The position numbers and the translations under genes were made by a program. Of a stretch of DNA of 64,000 nt, positions 44,871 to 54,730 are shown piece by piece. The notes beneath the pieces were generated by a model, which was given only the letters and a program-made list of their open reading frames with translations, was not told the DNA's origin and did not search any database. The stretch covers positions 5,876 to 69,875 of the IMG/VR virus record IMGVR_UViG_3300025598_002259, one strand, 5' to 3'. Each line of letters starts with the position of its first letter. Position 1 is the stretch's first letter. Source of the stretch: a virus.

Positions 44871-47204
44871 TTAAAGTTTGCAGGCTATGCAATCATCTGC
44901 CGAATCATCGTAAATTGTAACAGGCTCTGATACTGTAAGTCTATCACTTTGGCTATTAATCATAGTTTTACTACCGACTTTGTTTATCAAACTATAATAT
45001 ATAGTTTTCAAACCCCAACGATATGCCAACATTAGATTTTTAGCAATTAGTGTAGCAGGAATTTTACCTTCGGCAAAATATGCAGGGTTATAAAAAGTAT
45101 TTGTACTAATACTTTGATCGATGTATACAGCTAATACAGCAGCAGTTTTAAGATATTCTACACAATCTTTTTGATCCCACATTAACTGATACCGGTTCTT
45201 GTAACGTTTATACTCAGGAACAACTTGTACAAATGATCCAGCTTTGCTTTCTTTGACGCTAATTAACTCCATAGGCATTTCAATGCCATTAGTACTGTTA
45301 AGTACAACGCTGCTTGATTCAACTGGTGCAATTGCCATGAGTGTAGCATTACGAATACCGTACTTTTTTAGATTCTCTCGCAACCCCTCCCAATCAAGAT
45401 TAGTGCTAGGTTCAAAGTTAGTTAATTCATCGACATTTTTATTTCGACGTTCCCAAGGGAATATGCCTTGTCCGTAATACGTATATTGACTACGTTCGCA
45501 TGCTCCTCGTTCACGAGCAAGCTCAACGCTCATCTCTGTAAGATAAAACGCCTGATGTTCCATCCAACGCTTAACTTCTGCTAGTGCTTCTGGATCACCG
45601 TATTTCAGATTCTTTCTAGCATGCCAAAAAGCTAAATTAGTAATACCTACACCTAACGGTTCAAATTCTTTATTAGCCAATCGACTCTGTATACTGAGGA
45701 AATCTTGATAGTTAAGTAAATTACTTAAACTACGAACCAATATTCTACAGGCCTTTCGCATATCGGCTGGGTTACGAAACGATCCCCAATTAATAGATCC
45801 TAATGTACAAAGAGCAATACGTCCTGTTTCATCGTCGATACGTTGGAATGGTCGAGTAGGCAATAAGATTTCTTGGCAAAGGTTGCTTTGATAGATAGGA
45901 TCGGTATCTGAATTAAATGGTCCTTGACTAATTACATTATCGATATTAACAAGGTAGATACGACCAGTATCAGTTCTCTCTTTGAGAATTCCGTTCTTAA
46001 ACATCTCTTCCGACGACAACACTTTCTTTTTCTTGGTTTTATCTTGTTCGTATTTGAGATAAAGCTTTTCAAAATCTTTACTATTTCGGTAATAGGCTTC
46101 GTATAGATCCGGAACCTCGTGAGGATCGAATAATGTAATGTTTTCACCATTCTTATAGCGACGCCAAAAAAGAGCAGATACAACTACAGAATAATCCATT
46201 TGACGTACACGAGTTTCTTCTGTACCTTGATTATTTTTTAATACAATAAGATCTTCAAATTGTGCATGCCAAATAGGGAATGTCACTGTGCATGATGCAT
46301 TGCGTATACCGCCTTGACTACAACTACGTAAATCAGCAAACCATTTCTTTAGAAATGGGACTAGACCTGTATGTTTAATTTCTCCATTTCGAATTGGAGC
46401 TCCGACAGGTCGAATACGTCCAAGTTCGAGACCAATGCCAGCTCTTTTGCTAGCATATTTTGCCATCATTTCTCCACTAGCAAAGATGCTATCTAATGTA
46501 TCATCTGAACTAATAAGTACACAGCTACTAAACTGCTTAGTAGTGGTCCCAAGACCCGCAAGAACAGGCGTAGCCAAAGTAAATTGTCCTTCCGATGCAC
46601 ATTCATAATATTCCTTTACTAGCTTTAATCGAATATCTTTTGGCTCATCGTGAAAGGCAGTCGCTGCTGCAATCGCATAACGTACTTGAGGTGTTTCATA
46701 GATTTGTCCTGTAGCACGATTTTGCACCAAATATTTTTCTGCTAGTTGTTCAATTGCTGCAAATGTATAATTCTCATCTTTAGTATGATCGATGAATAGA
46801 TCGATAATGTTCCATTCATCCTCGGTATACCATGACAATAAGTCTCGAGTGTACATTCCTGCTGCAACATTTTTTTTGACGATTTCATAGAGTTTTGGAG
46901 GCTCATATTCACCGTATACTTCTTTACGTAGCATACTAACACGTTGTCTGCCGGCTACATATTGATAATTGGTATTGTTAATTTCTGGGTTCTCATTTTC
47001 GTCAATGAGATTGACCATAGCTTTTAATAATAATTCATCAATGGTCTTAGTACTCATTCCATCATGTAGTTCTAATTTAGCATTAATTTCGATCATAGAT
47101 GGACTAACTCCATCTATACCGCTGCATCCATATGCTACTTGCCTTTGAATCTTAGAAATATCTAAAGGGACTTTCTCCCCATTTCTTTTTACAACAGTAA
47201 TCAT
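44871..47204 (-). CDS. nrdA: ribonucleotide reductase class Ia alpha subunit with ATP cone
   Basis: VVKRNG ATP cone, QFSSCVL, SNLCQEI, CTLGS, KTIYY, C-terminal CIAC. Confidence 0.97.
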   Translation of the reverse strand: MITVVKRNGEKVPLDISKIQRQVAYGCSGIDGVSPSMIEINAKLELHDGMSTKTIDELLLKAMVNLIDENENPEINNTNYQYVAGRQRVSMLRKEVYGEYEPPKLYEIVKKNVAAGMYTRDLLSWYTEDEWNIIDLFIDHTKDENYTFAAIEQLAEKYLVQNRATGQIYETPQVRYAIAAATAFHDEPKDIRLKLVKEYYECASEGQFTLATPVLAGLGTTTKQFSSCVLISSDDTLDSIFASGEMMAKYASKRAGIGLELGRIRPVGAPIRNGEIKHTGLVPFLKKWFADLRSCSQGGIRNASCTVTFPIWHAQFEDLIVLKNNQGTEETRVRQMDYSVVVSALFWRRYKNGENITLFDPHEVPDLYEAYYRNSKDFEKLYLKYEQDKTKKKKVLSSEEMFKNGILKERTDTGRIYLVNIDNVISQGPFNSDTDPIYQSNLCQEILLPTRPFQRIDDETGRIALCTLGSINWGSFRNPADMRKACRILVRSLSNLLNYQDFLSIQSRLANKEFEPLGVGITNLAFWHARKNLKYGDPEALAEVKRWMEHQAFYLTEMSVELARERGACERSQYTYYGQGIFPWERRNKNVDELTNFEPSTNLDWEGLRENLKKYGIRNATLMAIAPVESSSVVLNSTNGIEMPMELISVKESKAGSFVQVVPEYKRYKNRYQLMWDQKDCVEYLKTAAVLAVYIDQSISTNTFYNPAYFAEGKIPATLIAKNLMLAYRWGLKTIYYSLINKVGSKTMINSQSDRLTVSEPVTIYDDSADDCIACKL

Positions 47205-47238
47205 GTACTTTAACCCTTAACTTACTTTAAATGAATAT

Positions 47239-47673
47239 TTACCAAGGATAGTGTACATCAATATTGTTTTCAATATACAATTCCTGATCAATATCTATAG
47301 CTTTAACTGCATTATTTTTATCGTAGTTCAAGACAAATTTATTGTCTATGAATACAAGATTATACAGTTTTGTTTTAGAATAATCAACCATGGTTTTAAC
47401 TTCGATTAAGGAATCCTTAAATCTTTCTGTAAATTTTAAGGTATATCCTATCATAAGTGCTAGGGTAAAATCATCATATTTGTTTTCTACAATGATTTCC
47501 CAAGGGGTAGGCCAAGTTTTTTTATTAAAGGGATCTACCCTATGATTGAATGAAATTTGCGGAGCATCTTGCCAAAATAAAGAAATGGCAGTATAAGGGT
47601 CGTCGCATTGATCGAGATTTTTTCTAAAATCGACCCAGATGGACAACCTCTCTTCTGGAGATTTATTAAACAT
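47239..47673 (-). CDS. hypothetical phage protein
   Basis: ORF with WPTPWEI motif. Confidence 0.6.
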   Translation of the reverse strand: MFNKSPEERLSIWVDFRKNLDQCDDPYTAISLFWQDAPQISFNHRVDPFNKKTWPTPWEIIVENKYDDFTLALMIGYTLKFTERFKDSLIEVKTMVDYSKTKLYNLVFIDNKFVLNYDKNNAVKAIDIDQELYIENNIDVHYPW

Positions 47674-47674
47674 T

Positions 47675-49315
47675 TTATTGTAATTGAGTATATCTATAAT
47701 TTAAAAACCCAGTGTAATTAGGACTTGTATAATAAAGTTCTACTAGGTTAGTACTAGTATTTAAGCTAGCATCAAATGTAACATACCCATCATCTGGCCC
47801 GGAATATGAATAACTGTCAGTCAAAGAGGCATCACCTAATACCCCTATCACAATAGTTAGTTGTCCTGTTCTAATAGTAGTTGATACATTTAAATTGTAT
47901 TCAATACGTGTAGATTGCGCTGGACTGCTATAAGGGAATCTAGATAGTAATACATTATTTGTCGACAAAATGATTTGTGCGGAGTATGCACCGGGACTTT
48001 GGACATAAGAAGTACCACTTACAATTGTGGTAGTTGATGCATAATTTGTAGAGGTGCTATTAACAATGTCGTATCTAGAATTATAATCTCCAATTGATAC
48101 ATTTCCCTGTGTTAGGAAACTAATAACTGGAGTAACCTGATTACGATCATTATTTGTATTATTTCCTACATTATTAAAGATATTAAATGCACTGACATGG
48201 TGTGTTGGTTTATTAATAGAATTACTGCCTACGTATATTCCTTCTCTTTCGACGTAATAAAATTTATTATTTTCGATTCTACTTCTTAAAGGACCAGTAA
48301 AGTTATTTGCTGCTACGGTTTCAGCATACACAACTCCTCGATTCAAATTTCTAAATCTTGAATTTACAACGATAGAATCTTCCATGTCGTAATTAGATTT
48401 AATCCCGTAATATAAGTTATCAAAGCTACAATTTTCTATAATTAAATCTTGTGTAGTAATAGGTCCTTGACCTCTAATTTCTAAACCAGTGTAGTTTGAA
48501 TCAGCTATTTGTCCAGCACCTGCAGTATAATTACCTAAAAACTGTACTCCGCTAATAACACAGTCAGTGCCACAATCAGCTCTCAATAATGGTAATGTAT
48601 AAGTTCCATTAATATCATTTAAACTTGTGTCATATTTCAAAGTCATGTCTTTTATAACAATTTTAGTAGGACGAGTAGGACCTAAAATATTGGTTTGATT
48701 ATCTACGAAAATTACATAGCTATTATGGACACTAGTCTGGTCAGCATATTGCATTAATGGGATAGACGTTGTTACTAAATTAAGAATCGTTTTTCCCGGC
48801 CCATCACCTACAATGATAACATTAGGTGGAAGATAAATGGTGCTTTCGATATTATAGATACCAGCTGGCACATATAGTGTTACTAAACTTTCATTTCCTA
48901 ATGAACCCTTAACTGTTGCGTTTAGATATAGGCTTTCAATGGCTGCTCTAAAATATTGAGCATTAGGTGTAGTTCCATTACCTATTGCTCCATAGCTTAA
49001 TACACTTACTTCATCGTCTAATTTGCTCTGTAATGATCTAGAAACTGTATTAGCAAGAGAAACATTAGGTATATGTCCGACTAAGGTATATAAAGTCGAA
49101 CTAGTAATAGAACCATTGTAAAGGTTAATAAGATCATTTTCGGTCAATAAGCGTGTATTATCATTGTTAACCGCACCTTCACTAATGCTTTTTCCAATGT
49201 ACAGATTTTCGGTATCTTCTGCCCATCCAAATTCGCCCGGCGATAAAGTAGGAGTACCAGTTACTTTTTCCTGCCCGCGACGTACTTGTATTTTGGCTAT
49301 TTCAATTACGGCCAT
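47675..49315 (-). CDS. virion tail/fibre protein with pectin-lyase-like beta-helix
   Basis: IQVRRG..L..GEFGW N-terminus; SLQSKLDD.VSV..YGAIGNG, VPAGIY beta-helix cap. Confidence 0.7.
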   Translation of the reverse strand: MAVIEIAKIQVRRGQEKVTGTPTLSPGEFGWAEDTENLYIGKSISEGAVNNDNTRLLTENDLINLYNGSITSSTLYTLVGHIPNVSLANTVSRSLQSKLDDEVSVLSYGAIGNGTTPNAQYFRAAIESLYLNATVKGSLGNESLVTLYVPAGIYNIESTIYLPPNVIIVGDGPGKTILNLVTTSIPLMQYADQTSVHNSYVIFVDNQTNILGPTRPTKIVIKDMTLKYDTSLNDINGTYTLPLLRADCGTDCVISGVQFLGNYTAGAGQIADSNYTGLEIRGQGPITTQDLIIENCSFDNLYYGIKSNYDMEDSIVVNSRFRNLNRGVVYAETVAANNFTGPLRSRIENNKFYYVEREGIYVGSNSINKPTHHVSAFNIFNNVGNNTNNDRNQVTPVISFLTQGNVSIGDYNSRYDIVNSTSTNYASTTTIVSGTSYVQSPGAYSAQIILSTNNVLLSRFPYSSPAQSTRIEYNLNVSTTIRTGQLTIVIGVLGDASLTDSYSYSGPDDGYVTFDASLNTSTNLVELYYTSPNYTGFLNYRYTQLQ

Positions 49316-49361
49316 ATCTAATTCTCCAATATTAGATATTTATCGAGTTATGAGAGATAAT

Positions 49362-50057
49362 TTATTTGGCGTAATATTCTTCGACTTTACCTAGCCACAT
49401 ATCTTCATATTTGGCAAAATCGTCAGGCCATAGATCAAATTGTTGATATACTAAATCTCTAGAGCACATAAAAATATGTCCTTCTCGGATATCTGTACCG
49501 TAGACTTGATTGTGTGCTAATATATATGCAACTAATTGAATTTTATAATCATCTACCCACTCTTCTTTTTTAGGTTTATTTGTCTGTTTATAATCACAAA
49601 TCGACGGATTTCCTTTATAAACCGCTACTAAATCAGTCGTTCCGGAGTATAAACCGGGGTAGTACAAAGACTGCTCCATTGCCCACACTTCGTTAACATC
49701 TACAAGGCCATATTCAATAATACGGTTAGCCATATCATTAGCTTTAACATGTACGGGATTATTTCCCGGCATTCGAGGTAACCCGGTTAAAAACCTTTCT
49801 AGATTAGCATGCATAGCTGTTCCTACACCTGCTGCTTCTGTGGTGATCTGTTGTGCCTTTGCTTCTCCCACACGTTTCTTCCATTCATTTAAGTGCGTCA
49901 TATCTTTGGTTGCACTTAGAATAGTAGTGACACTAGGAATACGTTCGCCATCGGGTGTTTCGTATACTCTTTTACGTGTTACAGGATCATTAATTTGACG
50001 GCAATTTTTGTACTGGAATTTTTCCACAAAAGGTGGAGGGTTTATAGTTATAGTCAT
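49362..50057 (-). CDS. PD-(D/E)xK exonuclease (Cas4/RecB-like phage family)
   Basis: PSVTTIL, GTAMH, GTTD, DYKQ, QL.AY. Confidence 0.85.
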   Translation of the reverse strand: MTITINPPPFVEKFQYKNCRQINDPVTRKRVYETPDGERIPSVTTILSATKDMTHLNEWKKRVGEAKAQQITTEAAGVGTAMHANLERFLTGLPRMPGNNPVHVKANDMANRIIEYGLVDVNEVWAMEQSLYYPGLYSGTTDLVAVYKGNPSICDYKQTNKPKKEEWVDDYKIQLVAYILAHNQVYGTDIREGHIFMCSRDLVYQQFDLWPDDFAKYEDMWLGKVEEYYAK

Positions 50058-50064
50058 ACAACTA

Positions 50065-50093
50065 ATTATAACAAATAAAAAGAATTAATGCAA
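50065..50093 (-). promoter_or_regulatory. sigma70 promoter, likely leaderless transcript
   Basis: TTGCAT-17bp-TATAAT, with ATG 7 nt downstream. Confidence 0.65.
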
Positions 50094-50095
50094 GT

Positions 50096-50380
50096 TTAGA
50101 TAAAAGAAGAAGCGTCAGCGCTAGGAGTCGCTGGTTTAATTCCTTGATTTAGTAATATACCATTTTCGTTATAATTGTTTACTACTGTTTTAAATTTTGG
50201 CTCGTTCTTTTTGAATATACTGTCGAATGTATAATAATCCATTTCTCTATCAGGAGTCGACAACGCATTAAAAGGAAGCTTGTTCTTACCTCGAGCTGCA
50301 AAATTTCTCAAGGTAAGATACAATGCATCTACATCAGCATTAGCACCGTCTAGTGGAGCTTCAAACTCAAATAATCTCAT
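50096..50380 (-). CDS. hypothetical protein
   Basis: ORF starting MRLFEF. Confidence 0.6.
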   Translation of the reverse strand: MRLFEFEAPLDGANADVDALYLTLRNFAARGKNKLPFNALSTPDREMDYYTFDSIFKKNEPKFKTVVNNYNENGILLNQGIKPATPSADASSFI

Positions 50381-51606
50381 TTTGACAGCTTAGTCATTAA
50401 TGAATGAGCTTCGGCTAACCGACGAGCTTTTGATCTTTCAATACTTTCTCTCTTCTCTCTACCTGCGATTTCAGCACCACCGGCTGCAGCATCGCTAGCT
50501 CCGAATTCATCGCTCATTTCTGCATTAACATTCATACTGTCATCGCTTGCTGCAGGAACAGCTTCTGGTGGTGCTCCCATAGGTTGCTGAGGAAGTTCAC
50601 CGCCTGCTAATTGTGCGACTGCGCTGCTGATAACTTCTCTAGTTTGAGTCAACGTATCTAATGCTTGTTTAAGTGCAGGTTCGATCCCTTGTTTAAATGC
50701 TGTAGATTCAGCTTCTCCGAAGTTTTTACGAATACTATCAGATAGGTCGATCATGGATTTAGTTTGCATAGTTCCGAGACGTTGCATAAAGTTAGTGATA
50801 TCAGTTACCATGTCTGCAGCAATGCTAATATCTTTAGCTTTATCTTCTTCATTTTCTCTAATCAAATGTTTTAGAGATTCAATTATAACAGTATAATTTC
50901 TTCTACGAATTGCATCTTCTTTAACTTTCTTAGATTTCTTACCTTTCTTATTATAAGGTTTATTCTTTGTTTTAGCGATAGCTTTCTTCTTACTCATTCC
51001 GCTTTTTTTCATGCGTGCAATTTGTACGTCAGCGAAATCATTATCTCCATCGCCATCTTGATCGACCTTTTTAGATTCATAAGTTTTCATTTCAATTCCT
51101 TCATTCTGGTAACCAGACATGGTTGTTATATTGTATTTACCATTATACGTAGCAGATAAAGACTCTCTGACTTTTTTCTTTTTCTTCTTCATCGCCTTAC
51201 TTAATAATTTAGTGCCTGTATCTTTTTTATTAAATTCTTTAGCAACACTAGTTTTAATTCCTACTTTTTTTGCAAACGCAGGATCATGAGCGGCTGCAGC
51301 CATAGTTCTTGCTTGTTTTTCAGTTTTAGATTTTTCAGTAAGAACAGATTCGCCTAACATTTCTTTAATTCGACTATTAATAATTTCTAAAGTATGTTTA
51401 TCTTTTTGATAATCTTCATTAGCTAATAGATCATTAAATCCGGCTTGACCTTCTGTCTGGCTAAGTTTTGTTCTAATAATATTACGATAATTTTCTAGTT
51501 CTTCTCTGGTATATTTGTCGAGATTAATTTTGACACCGAATTTCTTAAACATATTTTCGTTTAATACTTTACTAGAAATTTGAGAATTGAAATCTGTTGT
51601 TTTCAT
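50377..51606 (-). CDS. putative head-associated/scaffold-like protein
   Basis: Highly charged helical protein with several (L/I/V)xE sites; late promoter ATAAATA upstream. Confidence 0.45.
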   Translation of the reverse strand: MKTTDFNSQISSKVLNENMFKKFGVKINLDKYTREELENYRNIIRTKLSQTEGQAGFNDLLANEDYQKDKHTLEIINSRIKEMLGESVLTEKSKTEKQARTMAAAAHDPAFAKKVGIKTSVAKEFNKKDTGTKLLSKAMKKKKKKVRESLSATYNGKYNITTMSGYQNEGIEMKTYESKKVDQDGDGDNDFADVQIARMKKSGMSKKKAIAKTKNKPYNKKGKKSKKVKEDAIRRRNYTVIIESLKHLIRENEEDKAKDISIAADMVTDITNFMQRLGTMQTKSMIDLSDSIRKNFGEAESTAFKQGIEPALKQALDTLTQTREVISSAVAQLAGGELPQQPMGAPPEAVPAASDDSMNVNAEMSDEFGASDAAAGGAEIAGREKRESIERSKARRLAEAHSLMTKLSK

Positions 51607-51634
51607 AATTTAACCCAAAAAGTTGATAAAGTAT

Positions 51635-52126
51635 TTATCGCATTCGTCTAAGTTTTTCGAAGTTAAGTAAAATATATTTTTTAGCAGATTCGGCTCTTAT
51701 TTGTGCAGTTTCTTGCTTTATCAATAAAGCATCACATTTATCGTAATCTTTTTTATTTAAAAGAGATTTGAATATTCTAGAATAATTTAAATCTTCGAAA
51801 TAACTATATCCATATTGCTGATCATTTTCTAAAATTTTAGAATTAATTTTTTTTCCTAACGCCAACGAGTTCGCAATAATCAGCGCAGTTTGCGGCAGAT
51901 TAATTTTTTCATATAAAATATTATTTCGCAAATCGGTAATAGTAAAAAATACATTATTTTTACATATAAAATAATTACCTATTTTCACTCTTCCATCTTT
52001 ACTTTCAGAAGGAATTACGTAACCTTTTTCTCTCAATGTTTCTTTTATTTCGAAAGCAAGGTCTGTAAGTTTTTTATAAAGTTTTTTTTCTGTTAGCATG
52101 ATTTTTAAGTTTAAGGTCTTTTCCAC
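51635..52126 (-). CDS. hypothetical protein
   Basis: ORF in operon; exact start uncertain. Confidence 0.55.
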   Translation of the reverse strand: MEKTLNLKIMLTEKKLYKKLTDLAFEIKETLREKGYVIPSESKDGRVKIGNYFICKNNVFFTITDLRNNILYEKINLPQTALIIANSLALGKKINSKILENDQQYGYSYFEDLNYSRIFKSLLNKKDYDKCDALLIKQETAQIRAESAKKYILLNFEKLRRMR

Positions 52127-52292
52127 TATTAGTTATTTCATAAACATGTTTTCTAACTAAATTTTGGGCAATCCATGTATCATGCTCATCTAAACTAGAA
52201 AGAGAAATTAAATCATGATGTTTATCAACAAAAAGTCTTTCTTCATTGTTTAAAATAATCGTGATATCTTCTAGTAAATGACAAATTTTCAT
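52074..52292 (-). CDS. hypothetical protein
   Basis: ORF in operon. Confidence 0.55.
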   Translation of the reverse strand: MKICHLLEDITIILNNEERLFVDKHHDLISLSSLDEHDTWIAQNLVRKHVYEITNSGKDLKLKNHANRKKTL

Positions 52293-52293
52293 A

Positions 52294-52530
52294 TTAATGT
52301 GATTTAGACAAAATTACCACGAGTGTTGATAAGACTCCTGCAACTACTGTTCCAGCGGTTCCTACTAAAACTCTAATCATACTCATATGGCTTTTTTCTA
52401 TTACTTCTTGAAGTGTACTGACCTTTTTCTCGATATTGTCTAATCTATTTTCGAGTGTTGCGTAACGTAACGCACATAATGCAACGTGTGTTTCTAAATT
52501 TTCAGATTCTATTGTCGACGGGTCCGGCAT
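52294..52530 (-). CDS. small coiled-coil plus C-terminal TM protein
   Basis: LETHVALCALRY..LE.RL heptads then hydrophobic tail; AGGAG RBS. Confidence 0.6.
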   Translation of the reverse strand: MPDPSTIESENLETHVALCALRYATLENRLDNIEKKVSTLQEVIEKSHMSMIRVLVGTAGTVVAGVLSTLVVILSKSH

Positions 52531-52547
52531 TGTTAGTATCTCCTACT

Positions 52548-52997
52548 TTAATCAACATTTTCATGAGCCTCAGGTTGCCTAACAGTTGCCTTAATAATTG
52601 TATTTCTATACTGAGCGTTGTCTAAATTAAACACCGCTTTTGTAATATTTATCGTTTCTGTTAAATTTTGAATGATAGGAACTTGGTTTACGTCATTTAA
52701 TAAAAGACCGATAATATTTCCTTCATCATCTTGATAGGCCGAAGATCGATCTGTATTAAATTTAAAGGTCCATACCCGATGATTTCCTTTATATTTGCTA
52801 CCAAATCCTAATCCTTTAATATCTATATTCTCAACAATAGGAGGATCATGCCATTCTATATTACTTCTTAACCCGACACATTGCTGTAATGTGGTCCAAT
52901 TTTTATATTGATTTTGTTCTAGATCTGTTCCGTACCCGACTCTAGCAACTTCGGGCTTGGTAATGTCGATCAATGTTTTAATTTCGATAATTTCCAT
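52548..52997 (-). CDS. hypothetical phage protein
   Basis: TLIDIT...Q..NW.TL.Q..GLR; ATAAATA upstream. Confidence 0.6.
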   Translation of the reverse strand: MEIIEIKTLIDITKPEVARVGYGTDLEQNQYKNWTTLQQCVGLRSNIEWHDPPIVENIDIKGLGFGSKYKGNHRVWTFKFNTDRSSAYQDDEGNIIGLLLNDVNQVPIIQNLTETINITKAVFNLDNAQYRNTIIKATVRQPEAHENVD

Positions 52998-53041
52998 TAT
53001 ATACCTACTTTATTAGTTATAGGTATTTATAATCAAAAAAA

Positions 53042-53064
53042 AAGGCGACCATAAAGATCGCCTT
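53042..53064 (-). terminator. intrinsic terminator
   Basis: AAGGCGA..TCGCCTT followed by long T-run on minus strand. Confidence 0.75.
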
Positions 53065-53088
53065 CTTTTGGTTTATTAACTGTTGTTA

Positions 53089-53559
53089 TTAATAACTTAC
53101 GCTATTTGAAATAACACCTACGCTAACAGTTGCGCTATTTAAACTGATGCCATTAACTCTACCTAGAGCTTGCACAGCGTCTGTTAAAGAACGATATGTG
53201 CTTGTGTTAGGCGATCCGTCAGTTGGACCTAATCCTAAATAGCCTGGGCTAAACTGATCAACACCTAGTGTTTCTAAAGCAAAGTTCATTGTGTAAGGCA
53301 CTGCGCTTGTGTTCAACGAACCAACGCGGCTAATTGTAGCAAACTGTGAAAGTGCAACGCGGAATAACTGATCAAAAGCTTGACCAGCTGATGTTCCAGT
53401 AGTTGCAGAATTTCCTGCAGTACCATTTGCACCTGCATAATCAGCCCAAACATTTGCGCTATCAGCACTGGCAAAAGTGATGTAAAAATCTGTTAAACCA
53501 ACGCCTGCAAAGTTCTTTGGTGCTAATAAACCACCATGAACGCGACTAATTCCAGCCAT
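53089..53559 (-). CDS. putative virion structural protein
   Basis: Own ATAAATA promoter, hairpin leader, AAGGAG RBS and terminator; Ala/Gly/Ser/Thr-rich. Confidence 0.55.
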   Translation of the reverse strand: MAGISRVHGGLLAPKNFAGVGLTDFYITFASADSANVWADYAGANGTAGNSATTGTSAGQAFDQLFRVALSQFATISRVGSLNTSAVPYTMNFALETLGVDQFSPGYLGLGPTDGSPNTSTYRSLTDAVQALGRVNGISLNSATVSVGVISNSVSY

Positions 53560-53643
53560 AATTTTCTCCTTAAATTGTGATAGCCTTTTGGGCTAATCAT
53601 ACAAATATTTATCAACAATTGATAAAAAACTACAAATAGGCGT

Positions 53644-53943
53644 TTAATCGTCTTGTTTTGCGTCTCCGTTGACTATCTTAAGAGTCTTCGAAAGCTCTTT
53701 GTTTTCTTTAATTTTTCTTATTCCTCTTGTAAATTTAGATCCATCGCTACTTTTAATGCTGTTGATAAACCTTCTTTCTAATTCATAAGCAATTTCAGGA
53801 TCAAATGTTTCCTTGATATGTTTTAAAAAGTTTATAGCAGAATCTATGATATGGCTGGCTCTAGATTCTAGAATAGTTTCTTTATTTTTTTTATCAGCAA
53901 ATTCATTTAATTCGTCTAATAAGCTTTTAGTTTTCTTTTGCAC
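53644..53943 (-). CDS. hypothetical phage protein
   Basis: GTG start; SLLDEL..ESRA.HII..A. Confidence 0.6.
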   Translation of the reverse strand: MQKKTKSLLDELNEFADKKNKETILESRASHIIDSAINFLKHIKETFDPEIAYELERRFINSIKSSDGSKFTRGIRKIKENKELSKTLKIVNGDAKQDD

Positions 53944-54011
53944 GATAATCTAACCTTTTGTTCCAAATATTTATTCATTTTATTTTTTTATTCTTTTTGA
54001 TAAGATCTAAA

Positions 54012-54040
54012 TTGATTATTAATGCAGCGCAACATATAAT
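54012..54040 (+). promoter_or_regulatory. sigma70 promoter with a TGC-N3-GCA operator-like box in its spacer
   Basis: TTGATT-17bp-TATAAT; spacer contains TGCAGCGCAACA. Confidence 0.5.
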
Positions 54041-54069
54041 AAATAAGGACACACACAAAGGAGAGACAG

Positions 54070-54207
54070 ATGATTAAACAGTTTTTTAGTAAACTATTAG
54101 AAATCTATGCACATGGCCTCGAAACCAATGGCCGCAATCTTGCAGCAATTTATACTGCGATGTGGCCCGACTTAGTAAAAGCTCAAACAACAAAGGAACA
54201 GATATAA
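54070..54207 (+). CDS. 45-aa small protein
   Basis: Manual ORF MIKQFFSKLLEIYAHG..; AAGGAG RBS. Confidence 0.55.
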   Translation: MIKQFFSKLLEIYAHGLETNGRNLAAIYTAMWPDLVKAQTTKEQI

Positions 54208-54323
54208 TGTATTACACAACTATTACTGCCTTTGCAAATTGGTATTTTATAAATCGTTGGCAACCTGTGACCGAAGACGAAGTTGAATGGGTTACAAAAC
54301 CTGCTAAGAAATCTTGTAATTAA
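54207..54323 (+). CDS. 38-aa small protein
   Basis: TAATG coupling; MYYTTITAFANWYFINRWQPVTEDEVEW.. Confidence 0.45.
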   Translation: MYYTTITAFANWYFINRWQPVTEDEVEWVTKPAKKSCN

Positions 54324-54371
54324 TTACAGTATTATGTATAATAGTTAACATACACACAGAAGGAAAATAAA

Positions 54372-54647
54372 ATGTCGTTGAATGATTACACCCCTAAAGC
54401 CCCCGAAGTTAAGTTTAATAAGAATGGCTACGAAATTCGTACAGATATTCTTAGCATGGCTAAGGATCTAGTTGAAGCTGAGTATAGTGCTAAGTTTGCC
54501 GGTTGGGAAATGAGTTCTCATGTTGATGAGAAAACTGGCCAATTGGTTTCTACAGTTGCTATGCCAGAATTTCCTGGTCTAGATCAAGTATTAGCAACTG
54601 CAGAAAAAATGTATGCATTTGTTAATGCCGGCGCATCAAAGAAGTAA
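54372..54647 (+). CDS. small phage protein
   Basis: KNGYEIRTDIL.MAK...VL..AEKMY.FVN; own promoter, RBS and terminator. Confidence 0.7.
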   Translation: MSLNDYTPKAPEVKFNKNGYEIRTDILSMAKDLVEAEYSAKFAGWEMSSHVDEKTGQLVSTVAMPEFPGLDQVLATAEKMYAFVNAGASKK

Positions 54648-54690
54648 AAGTGGCATAGCCTATAATAAAAATAAATTACTTCGTGATAGT

Positions 54691-54714
54691 AAAACGCCCC
54701 TTTCGGGGCGTTTT
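54691..54714. terminator. bidirectional terminator
   Basis: AAAACGCCCC-TTTC-GGGGCGTTTT. Confidence 0.85.
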
Positions 54715-54730
54715 ATTTTGGCCTTAAACT

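Noticed and set aside
43760-47204. Possible introns or inteins in nrdA/nrdB
   Set aside because: Both ORFs are continuous and of normal length, with no intein motifs seen
49362-50057. Cas4-like nuclease as evidence of a CRISPR system
   Set aside because: No repeat-spacer array or other cas genes seen in the window; stand-alone members are common in T4-like phages
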